From positions 74,524,001-74,588,000 of the forward strand of contig OZ024746.1 of the NCBI GenBank assembly GCA_964016885.1: 64,000 nucleotides of DNA, read 5' to 3'. Below are positions 53,195-64,000 of the stretch, in pieces; positions within the stretch are counted from its first letter, which is position 1, and each line of letters opens with the position of its first letter. A program made the translations under genes and the position numbers. The DNA is from Eledone cirrhosa (Eukaryota). The notes under the pieces were generated by a model. That model ran no database searches. It saw only the letters and a program-made list of their open reading frames with translations, and was not told the DNA's origin.

Positions 53195-53910
53195 TTTTCT
53201 CACCCTCTCTCTTTCACACTTTTCTCCCCTCTCTCTTTCCCACACTTTTTCTCACCCTCTCTCTTTCCCACTCTTTCTCACCCTCTCTCTTTCCCACACT
53301 TTTCTCCCCTCTCTCTTTCCCACACTTTTCTCCCCCTCTCTCTTTCCCACACTCTTTCTCCCCCTCTCTCTTTGACACTCTTTCTCACCCCCTCTCTTTC
53401 CCACACTTTTCTCCCACACTTTTCTCACCCCCTCTCTCTTTCCCACACTCTTTCTCACCCTCTCTCTTTCCCACACTTTTCTCCCCCTCTCTCTTTCCCA
53501 CACTCTTTCTCACCCTCTTTCTTTCCCACTTTTCTCTCCCTCTCTCTTTCCCACACTTTTCTCCCCCTCTCTCTTTCCCACACTTTTCTCAGACCCTCTC
53601 TCTTTCCCACTTTTTCCCCCTCTCTCTTTCACACTTTTCTCCCCCCTTCTTTTGCCCACACTTTTCTCCCCCCTCTCTTTTCCACACTTTTCACCCCTTC
53701 TCTATTTCCCACACTTTTCTCACCCTCTCTCTTTCCCACACTTTTCTCCCTCTCTCTTTCCCACACTTTTCTCACCCTCTCTCTTTCCCACACTTTTCTC
53801 CCCCTCTCTCTTTCACATACTTGTTCTCACCCCCTCTCTTTCCCACACTTTTCTCACTTTCTCCCCCCCCCTCTCTTTCCCACACTTTTCTCACCCCCCT
53901 CTCCTTCTCT
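53195..53910. repeat. Pyrimidine-rich minisatellite, ~30-33-bp unit CTCTCTCTTTCCCACACTTTTCTC(A/C)CC
   Basis: Many tandem units; source of the S/P/F/L-rich ORFs. Confidence 0.9.
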
Positions 53911-54081
53911 CTCCTCAACATCAATGTAATATTCAATCATTGCCATTGCAATATAGTAATCAAAGTAATTTTAATATTAATAATAACAATCGTGTTGATG
54001 ATGAGCGTTGATAATGATGATGATGATTATCATAATCATGAAAATGATGCTGATTAAGATGGTGATGATGGTGATGATGGC

Positions 54082-54112
<31 letters not shown>

Positions 54113-55789
54113 GCGGTAGTGGTGATAAGCGTAGACACGAAAATAGCAACTATGGCATAAAGAGATGCATCAAGCATTCAGCAACAATATAACTAAGCAA
54201 AATAAATAAATAAATAAACATATAGCAACAATAACAACAACTATAACAACATAACACAAACAACTGCAAACACATAACATTTAGTAACAAAATTAACAAC
54301 GACTAAAGTAATTTCCATTCAAAATAACCTTTATTGTAGTTCTCTTCGTCATAGTGGTTGTTGTTGTTGTTGTTGTTGTTGTTGTTGCTTTTGTTGTCAT
54401 CCTCGTCGACGTCGTTGCTGATGTTGCCATTGATGATGTTGCTGTTGTTTTTATCTTTTGGCTGTTATTAAAACTGTTCAAACATTTGCTCATTATTGAT
54501 TGATGGAAAGTGGGGAAAAAGTACGAGAATCAGTGAGTTTAACTGTAATGTGTTTAGTCTTTAGAAGATACTATAGTTGTTGTCAGCAGCTATAGTTAAA
54601 TAATATCCCACCACCAACAGCATCTACAACCAAAGCAGCATATAAGGACGCCTCTAGGTGGCCGCTTGATATGTTACAAATATTAGCCAAACAATTCTCA
54701 GATGAAATCGTTACTGTCTTTATAATGGGAAAGAATGGTGATAATGACAATGATGATGATGAAATAAATTACCAGCTCGAGGTAGATGATTGGTGGAATC
54801 ACTACAGTGGCAGATAACATGCCTTACTGTAACTGGTTCCACTTATACTTTTGCTTTTTTTTCGTTCAAATTCTGTCTAGGCTTTGATCGATGGCCAGAG
54901 TTAACACTGCTAAACACCTAACTACTAAGATAATCTGTCTAAGCCACAATTTGTTTGAATACAAGCAGCTGGGGATACACAAAACGTGGTTAAACAGATG
55001 ATGATGATAAATTAAGTTGTCGCTAACGATGTGTCAGTTCCTTCTGGTTGGCATGTCTCCAAGTCTGTTTCCGACGACTAATGATTCCTGTGCTTGATGT
55101 ATTCAAGACAAATGTACTGCTGTTGCATGTGTGATAATACTAATGATGGTAGAGGAGACTTGCGTGCGAGGTCCATTTACACCTCATTCCTAGTGTACAT
55201 GACCTGGTATGTACAGAACTTAAGCCTAAATAGAGCTAAAGGTCCTAGCATGCGTACCTGTGATCATATATCTGTTCAATCAGGGATGAATTCGGTTTAG
55301 ATAAAAGCAACAAGGAATAAGCTTCTATTATGTCATTCAATCTGGTAAAAATATAATGATGTTTATAAATATGGTGGATGTAACAATGGTGTTAACGATG
55401 AACATTCAGTTGTTCCACTCACTACATTTCCTTCTCTTATAACAAAAATCCAGAGAAATGAAGAGAAAGGAAATTCAAGATTGGTATTTTAATTGTCGAC
55501 TGAAAATATGGAACAGCAAATCTGACTTTGGCGTGATTTTAATTGAGAGACCCTCAACGAATAACGCAAGGCGTTATAACTATTTATATCAAAATAAATT
55601 GATCGAGGAAGGGAAATTCATGGCTGGAAAGCCTATTAACATATCTATTCTGAAACACAGTTTATGTGATGCTGAACAACAAAAAATAGTGGGCAGAGAA
55701 TTAGCGATAGTAAAATATAAAATAGGAGAGTTAGTATTTTAACTAGAATAGGTGATTAGCAGTGGCCTGACAACTGAGATGCTTACTGC

Positions 55790-56212
55790 AAAGTGAAACA
55801 CGAAGGTTGCATTGTCAGACCTAAAACACGTGCTCTGCGAAATGAGGGAACTAAATCCGTGTGATGGGCCCGTGAGGCAGAGCCACAATGTGGAGCTACA
55901 ACCACAATTAAGTTTCTGACGGACAAGAAAGGGTGTGAGCTAATCGATTTGAAGTAGATCTGCGTGGGACTTTCAACGGCAATGGGCACTTTTCGGGTCT
56001 GCTGAGAAATGCAGACGGTAGTTAACAGACGTGTGTACCTCGGTAACCTACCGCGAAATTCGATGGAAGGTGTGATGTACTGCAAAAGATAGAAGACAGC
56101 AACTGAATTACAGAATGTCGTGAGTGGTTGTAAGAGGCGCAGATCACTTTGTTTGGATGGTCTGCCATACGAGCTTCATGCAGATATACCAGATTTGTTC
56201 GTTGATGTCCTT
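55790..56212 (+). pseudogene. Decayed L1/Tx1-like LINE fragment (region upstream of RT)
   Basis: VYLGNLPRNSMEGVMYCKR*KTATELQNVVSGCKRRRSLCLDGLPYELHADIPDLFVDVL (cf. KSPGLDGLPYE.Y...PDLF). Confidence 0.55.
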
Positions 56213-56271
56213 GTTTATTTCAATTCTCTTCAAAGATTTCGGCCAATGCGACAGTAAAAGAATCATTATCT

Positions 56272-56457
56272 TGGCAGTATACGTAGATGGTCGGGGGCCA
56301 TGATTTGCAGCATAGTTACGGCCCTTTATGATCTGAGTTCAAATCCTTCCGAGGTTAACTTTGCCTTTCATCCTCACGGGGTTGATAAAATAACGTACCA
56401 GTAGTGCACAGGGATAATTGCTGGCCTTGTGTCAAAAGTAGAAACAATTATTATTAT
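56272..56457 (+). mobile_element. tRNA-SINE
   Basis: TGGCAGTAT...GAGTTCAAATCC...core...(ATT)n. Confidence 0.85.
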
Positions 56458-57010
56458 TTATTATCAAGTGGAGAATTATGGTAGAGTATTCTATGAAAGA
56501 CAGGTGAGAACTACGAGATTCACGAAGCTGAATGGGCCTACTTTAACTATGCATTTATAAACAAGCAGAAAATAAATCAGGTAAGAATACTGTAAAGTGC
56601 TTTGGTACGACAAAGTAATCCGGGTCTTATGTGGGACTTTCTTTGAAATTACAATAAGGTGCTGTCCCCTCTTGTAATGTAACGTTTTCTGTTTATTGCC
56701 TATATTGTTGTGGCCAATATTTTCCCTTTATTCACGTCCCGTTAACTTTATTCGATACCACATATTTTGTTTTTTTCTTCGTCTTTGTACTGTCGCCAAA
56801 GTCTTGAACCCTTATAGCCAATAATATAAATTATCATTATTATTATTATTATATGCCGGATTTTTTTGTTTTATTTTTTGGTATCCTTTCTGTTGGCAAC
56901 AAACGAGATACCTTATCTTGTCATTCGTTTACAGTGCAATGATTCATATAGACTTCATGCCAAAACTGTTTCAGATATTTCGGAATTTGTCTTTACACGG
57001 CATAAATATC

Positions 57011-57085
<75 letters not shown>

Positions 57086-57151
57086 TATATATAAAATATA
57101 TATATATAATATATATATAAATATATATATATATAATATATATATATAATA

Positions 57152-57199
<48 letters not shown>

Positions 57200-57252
57200 A
57201 TATATATATATAATATATATATAATATATATATATAATATATATATATATAG

Positions 57253-57310
<58 letters not shown>

Positions 57311-58019
57311 TATATATGCATATGAATATATATGCAGACACCCACAATAATATACAAGTTATGTATATATAAATTTATCTATATATATAAATATGTAAAC
57401 ATATATAGCCATACAGTCATATAGAAATAGAAATGTATTTCCATATTATGTTTATGGTTAACGGCATGCATTTCTTCTGCCCACTTTTTTCATGACTCCC
57501 TGACACACACACACTTACTTTCCCTCTCGCTTTCTTTCTCTTTCTGTCTGTTTTATTTTCATTCATTTCGCCAGTATATTTTTCTTTCACCAAACATGTA
57601 CATACACACATGTGTGTGTGTTTCTGTATGCTTGTGTGTGTATATGTGTGTGTGTGTGTGTTTATGTTTGTATGTATTAAATTGAATATTGTTCTTACTA
57701 GTCTTTTTATTAGTGGCTTCTATTACATATATCTTCGCACACATAGAGATATACACGCACATTATATATATATATATATGTATATATATAAAAAAAAACA
57801 TGAGAAGAAAGAATACTGCGTGGTTGCACATGGGTTACATATGATAAAAATAGTCCTGTGTCAGTGATTTTCCAACCTTCATTGGTATTTCATCGCTTTA
57901 AAAATCATATACCTCCAGTTGGTGCGAGCAATAGCTAAATAAAGCTATTGAGACAAGTAAATCGCGTAAAGCGGGCGAGACAAGTAAACAAACATAGAAG
58001 GATTGATAGCAAATATATA

Positions 58020-58200
58020 TAACAAAGAATAAACCAGGTGGCCGATAACGCACCAGGGTACTTGATACTTAAGGTAGTAGAGTGGGTAATAGTTAAAGAG
58101 TCGGGACCCCTGTGGCTGAGCCAGCCGAACTGGCCTAGTTCGGACCTAGCTGTCGAAATGGCCGGAGCTCGGCCGCCGGGGTCCTGACGCTTTTCCTATA
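58020..58200 (-). mobile_element. Hairpin-plus-tail mini-element, copy 3
   Basis: Reverse strand: TAGGAAAAGCGTCAGGACCCC...TTTCGACAGCTAGG...GGGGTCCCGAC..TATTACCCACTCTACTACCTTAAGTATCAAGTACCCTGGTGCGTTATCGG. Confidence 0.78.
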
Positions 58201-58407
58201 TATATATATATATATATATTGTAGGACGAATTCGATATAAATAGCGAAGAGTTTAGACAATTCAGTCCGTGGGACGAGTTATTTATAATCAGTTACAACA
58301 GTGGCATACGCATTTATCTAAGTCTTCATTTCAGTATGTCACACTAAATGAATTGGTGTTAAACCCAAACAAACTTAAGTGTTTGTGCATGCCACTATTG
58401 TATGTGG

Positions 58408-58480
<73 letters not shown>

Positions 58481-58782
58481 TATATTTATTAAAATAACAG
58501 ATTAAAGTTTAAGCAAAGAATCGCTGCTTTCACCCTTAACGGGATCTTCTGAAACTAACAAAGTCAATCTGTAAACGCAGAGCTGGATATTTCAAAAAAC
58601 GTTGCAACCGGAGGAAGACAGGAAGACGATACTTTGGTTAAGGGTGAAAGCAGCGATTCTTTGCTTAAACTTTAATCTGTTATTTTAATAAATATTTGCT
58701 CTACGGTTCTTATATATTTGATATATATTTATCCTTATCGAGCCCTCTTTGGATTTTAGTCTTTAAATTTATTATTATTACT
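58481..58782. mobile_element. Fold-back mini-element with ~59-bp arms, a decayed hammerhead and a right-hand tail
   Basis: 58481-58540 is the reverse complement of 58637-58695; minus strand CAGAAGA-UCCC guuaa GGGU-GAAA (core U changed to A). Confidence 0.7.
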
Positions 58783-59976
58783 ATATATATATATATATAT
58801 AGTAATAATAATAAATATATATAGTTTGGCATTTAGATAGCATGAAAATCACAGGTGAGTGCTTCACATTCACTGAACATTTTAAAATTACTTTTTAATT
58901 ATTCTGTTTTTACCGTAGCATGGTATAATTCTTTACCGAATTTAATGATACAAATTCATAAATAAAGATTATGATATAAGTCGTATTTTTTTTTAATATT
59001 ATTCATAACGCAAGGTGAAGTCGTGGTGGTGGGGGGGGGGGGGGGGGGGGGGCGACATAGTGTGATACAGCGTTTCTTGGACATCTTCTAAGCCTCGCGG
59101 AGCCCATCCATTCTCCAGGCCTGAACATAGCCTATTTCTTTCAGAGAATGGGAGAGAATAATAGAGGGAAGAAGCGAGAAAGTGATATAGTGGACAACAG
59201 TTCACCAGTATTCGCCCTCGAATGGATGAATGGCAAGTTTGACCTCACCGTGATTTGAACTCAGCGGGCAGAGGGTCGGAACGAATACCGCAAAGCATTC
59301 TATGTGACGTTGTAACAAATATGTTTGTGCAATACTTATGAAAGAATAATGGGTTCGGCTCGGCAACACACCCTCTGACAGCCCCCACCCTCATCCACAC
59401 CCGTATGCTACTTTTAAGTCTATAGGTAGAAGGTTAGATAGATTGGTAGACAGATAGTTCGGTAGAAAGATAAACAGATATGTAGATAGATAGGTAGTTA
59501 AGGTAGGTAGGTAGATAGATATGTAGGTAGGTAGATAGAATCCTAATATTCAAGATCATCAGTAAATCGTTTTTAAGAGCGAACTTAAAAGGTCGGTAGT
59601 GGGTGAGATACTTTGCCGTCACAGGCAATTGCCCATTAACATCCTTTCATAATGAAAATGTGTATTCGTAATTGTTTTGGAATGAAGCTAGGCGCCTCAC
59701 CTCGATGATGGTGGTTGATGTTCTGATAGCTCATATCGTTTACCTTTGAGCTAGAACGAACCTGTAACCTCTTTAATGGTTTCACATTCGGTGCCAACTG
59801 TCATTGGCAAATATTCATTTCGAGGGTAGATTTTGCGAACAGAAAATATGTAGTAGAACAGCTTTGAGATAATTTACTTTACTTTCGTACCTAATGCATG
59901 AGAGAGAAGATACGGAGCTAGACTAGAAACTTCGTACCTCTTAAATTTTGACTTTTAAATGTTTTAGAGGATAATT

Positions 59977-60119
59977 GTTTCTACTTTTGGCACAAGGCCA
60001 GCAATTACCCGTAAGGATGAAAGGCAAAGTTAACCTCGACGGTATTTGAACTCAGACCGTAACTATGCTAAAAAGCATGGCGTCCAACCCTCTACCGATA
60101 CTACCAAATCACCGCCCTA
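59977..60119 (-). mobile_element. tRNA-SINE with internal deletions and an AGGATAAT target-site duplication
   Basis: Family sequence lacking part of the core; AGGATAAT on both sides. Confidence 0.8.
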
Positions 60120-61336
60120 AGGATAATATCCCTTTCATATTAGGCAGAATACGTAACAGTCAACGGAGAGGTGTTAAGATTTTCCGTTGATAGCTTTTAC
60201 ACCAACAAGGAAAAAAACAAATTGGTATTAAACTATAAACGGGTGTTGTTTTGTTGATGAGCTTCAATTCAACCTTGTTGAAGTCAACCTAGGACCAAAA
60301 ACATTTCAGCCTTGAAAAACCTCATAGTAACCTTAGACACAGTTGGACCAGAACTGCCATATAGATTGTTCCTTTTTCAAGGCGACAGAGATTGATTTGA
60401 AGTAGCTTTTAACTTGCGGAACTGCGTTTATGTGGTAGCTATCTTACGCGGTCATCCGCATTACGATGAAAATACCGCCCCATAATTGAAATGAGGCATC
60501 ATTGTGCCTGTTTAGTCCTTAGATGTGTATTGTTGGGGGAAACTTAAGTCCTCTAAGACTATACGCTTCATCATTTGAAATAGCTCAGTTGGAGCAACTT
60601 TCGAGAAATAAATATATAAACGTAAATTTTGATTAATTGTTGTTATATTAACATTCGTTGAAAACACATTTTTGTTTTAATTGAGAGATCATTTATTAAC
60701 TTCATCATTCATTAATTCTCATTTCAAAGACTAGATATCAATAGAGATCGATTGAGAAGTACAGAGGACATTGATGCTTCAGTGTGGTTAAGTATATTGT
60801 AATGTCAACTAAAGTTGAATCAATTTGACATGATTTTCCTAATAGGTAGTATGTACTTCCTCTACAAGAGATTATTATTCTATATACGACGAATATATAA
60901 TCTCAATATGAAGTGATATTAGCATTAATCCGATGTCTCATTTATTTTCACACAGACATATTATCCCTTTCCTGGAAAAATCTTTGGGAGATTTTATGTT
61001 CCATAATTTCTTCAATACTGTTTGATTATCGTGTTGTATTTTATGTTGATTTTACATTATTTTACATTATTTCTCTTCCTATTTAAGCCTATTTTTAAGA
61101 CTAGATTACTGTTTCTCCTAAACCTCACTAAACATTTCTCTATAAAACACACATATCACCCTTCATTCTAACAATGTTTGCTACGTAGAATTCCTTTCAT
61201 TCCCAAATATTGTACCAAACATTATATTCTATATATTACATTAAATGAATTCATATCTTTTTCGTTTCTAAAAGAAGATATGCCATATAGATAAAGCAAA
61301 ACGACACAACACCTTCCAGTGTATTAAGTGACATAA

Positions 61337-61556
61337 GGGAGATGGATTTGCAGTATCAGTAGAGCGTCGGACAACATGCTTTGCGGCATATAGTTACGGT
61401 TCTTTACGTTGTGAGTTCAAATTCCGCCGAAGTTAGCTTTAACTCTCATCCTTACGGGGTCGATAAAATAAAACACCAGTAATGTACTGGGGTAGATTCA
61501 ATCGACTTTTCCCTTCCCCTAAACTTCTGGCCTTGTGCCTAAGTCGAAAATCATTA
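61337..61556 (+). mobile_element. Full-length tRNA-SINE (longer-tail subfamily)
   Basis: Head, B-box GAGTTCAAATTC, core and tail GATTCAATCGACT..TGGCCTTGTGCC. Confidence 0.82.
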
Positions 61557-61618
61557 TGTTACATGAAATTTAACAAACACGTGGTCACAAACCAGATCAC
61601 ATCAACACACCATATATA

Positions 61619-61798
61619 TTATAAATAAGGGACACATTGGACAATACCATTGACATACAACACAACAAGAGGATGGTCAGGGCGGGCACACCTTTGATCA
61701 AATTTCTCCTCAGTCAGGCCTGAATGATAGGACGGAATGGGTTCGACAACAATGATAAAAATAAAGAATTGACAAAATATGCCAAAAAGGTTATTCAT
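61619..61798 (-). CDS. Candidate small ORF (59 aa, signal-peptide-like N-terminus) or terminal coding exon; unverified
   Basis: MNNLFGIFCQFFIFIIVVEPIPSYHSGLTEEKFDQRCARPDHPLVVLYVNGIVQCVPYL*; non-repetitive composition; alternative splice acceptor CAG ending at 61720. Confidence 0.25.
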   Translation of the reverse strand: MNNLFGIFCQFFIFIIVVEPIPSYHSGLTEEKFDQRCARPDHPLVVLYVNGIVQCVPYL

Positions 61799-62266
61799 CT
61801 TTCCCCATGGTGTTTGTTGCCAGAGAATCTTCCACAAACTTGTTTCTACAAAGTTTTCCAAACACTGTTTCACTTCTACCTCTTCCCTTCCCACTGCCTT
61901 CTATCTAAGATTATTTCTATCTTATTATTTTCACTTTCATGTTACTTTCTTCATTGCTATCTATTTGCTCCACTTCTTTATGTTATCATTTCAAGCTTTA
62001 TTTTTGTCCTCTAATTTTTTTTTCTTTCTATCTTCTCGTCATTCTATTTTGCTTTCCTGCATTCATATCTTCCTGTGCCTGGTATCTTGCTGTATCCATA
62101 TCTTCCTGTATCCATATCTTCGTCTATCCATATCTTCCTATATCCATAACTTCCTGCATTCACATCTATTCTCTCATTTCCTTCTAACTTGCTCTTCGTC
62201 TTTGTTTCATTCAATTGTTTTCCCTTTATTCTGAACACACACCACACTCACGTCCTTTCATTTTCA

Positions 62267-62372
<106 letters not shown>

Positions 62373-62988
62373 GAACACATATACGCATATATATATATAT
62401 ATATGCGTATATGTGTTCATATGTCTCACTATCTCTCTCACTCACTATCCCTCTCTCTTTATATATATATGTATATACATATATATGTGTGTGTGTGTGT
62501 GCGTGTGTGTGTATGTGTGTCTGTCTGTCTGTGTCTCTGTGTGTGCCTGTATATATATATATACATATGCATACATATATAAATGTATGTATAAATATAT
62601 ATGTGTGTGAGTGTCCTTTTCTCACCATATCTTCCCATCTCACTTTTCTCTTTTACTCTCAAATTTTCTTCTCCCTTTTTTTCTTCCTAATTTCGAACAT
62701 TTCGCCTTATTTCTCACTTGTCCTTCCATACATTCTATTCTCTTTTATAACTTTATGAACATCCACCCTTACACCTCACATCCAGTCTTTCCTACCTCTC
62801 CGTCGCTTACATCCTCTCTCTCTCTCTTCCTCTGTCTGTCTCTCTCTCTCTTTCTTACTTTCTCTCTCCTCTCACTATCTCCTCCTGTGACTGTTTCAAT
62901 TTATTTTTCTATCTCCACCAAGATAGTAAACAGTCAACCAGCCATGACCAGCCATAACAAATCTAACACACACACACACACACGCACG

Positions 62989-63025
<37 letters not shown>

Positions 63026-63927
63026 ATATGCATATAGTGACACACACAAACACATATCCTCACACCACCCACGGACACTATACTGCCACCCTGCCAATCA
63101 ACTATTCCATCAATTGCACTACTTTGCAGTCTAGTGCTGAACTGTGTTATCGCTAAATCGATTGAATGACAATCAATTAGATACACATCAGGTCAACAAC
63201 AACGACCACAGCAACAAAAACTAATAATAACAACTCAAATAACTGCAACAGAAAACTGTTAAAAGATAACAACACAAACAAATCTAATAGAAATCCACAT
63301 ATAATCGACAACAATAACAAATACAACGACGTTGTTATTGTTTGTTTTTATTTTTGACCAAGTCAAGAACAACAAATGTCAAACATATCATACACAACAT
63401 GCACCTACGCACGTATGTACATATACGCAGGTACACGCATGCATCCACACGCACATATTCACACGTACATATGTGTGTTTGGCTGCTAGACCAACGTCTG
63501 TTCCGACAACGTGTGACTCAATTGGTTCTATCAACGGAACAGTCTGTTCATAAAATCAACGGGCAAAAGGCTGAGCTTGCCAAGAACTCATGCACCCCTA
63601 ACGTATTTCTAAGGTAGATTCAGCCTGAAAAACTGTATGACATGACTCATTCATTGAAATAAGTAATGGAGTACCGCCGATAATCGAACTCAGAACCTTG
63701 CAATCGTGAGTTGAACTCCTTCTGAGATCAACTTACCACCTTTCATCCTTCCGGAATCGATAATATAAAGTCATGATTTTCTCATCTTTGCCCTTACCGC
63801 CAAATATTCTGGTTGTGTCCTTCAATTAGAAATCAAGTTTTACCATATTCCATCTTGTTTTAGTTTATATTTTTTCTTCTTTAAATAATTCACTATACAT
63901 ACATATATGATGCCTACTTACAACACC

Positions 63928-63960
<33 letters not shown>

Positions 63961-63963
<3 letters not shown>

Positions 63964-64000
63964 CAAAGAGGGTGTGGTAAGATACCAGGTGGACCATAAC
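63961..64000 (-). mobile_element. Hairpin-plus-tail mini-element, copy 4 (tail end only; runs off the window)
   Basis: Reverse strand GTTATGGTCCACCTGGTATCTTACCACACCCTCTTTGTTA(TA)n matches the tails of copies 1-3. Confidence 0.7.

Noticed and set aside
53152-54057. 301-aa ORF
   Set aside because: Translation of a pyrimidine minisatellite.

Overview
Eukaryotic, AT-rich, repeat-saturated DNA with no recognisable host protein-coding gene. The (TA)n/(CA)n microsatellite load and the SINE families suggest an octopus or other coleoid cephalopod genome (inference). Almost all listed ORFs are microsatellite artefacts. The real coding content is transposon-derived: a 953-codon RTE-clade LINE ORF (42605-45466, minus) with two 3'-end copies, a Penelope-like element (PLE) carrying a GIY-YIG fragment between ~550-bp inverted repeats (27341-30572), a Helitron Rep fragment, two decayed hAT transposases, and CRE, R4/Dong, Tx1 and BovB-like LINE fragments, plus many tRNA-SINEs. 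The most striking signal is a dense set of type-I hammerhead ribozymes (11 with an intact CUGANGA...GAAA...UH core, read by eye, plus mutated remnants). Most lie in small fold-back elements (inverted repeat plus a one-sided tail) inserted between (TA)n tracts. A further hairpin-plus-tail family has three full copies and one partial copy. There is one candidate host exon or small secreted-peptide ORF (61619-61798, minus).
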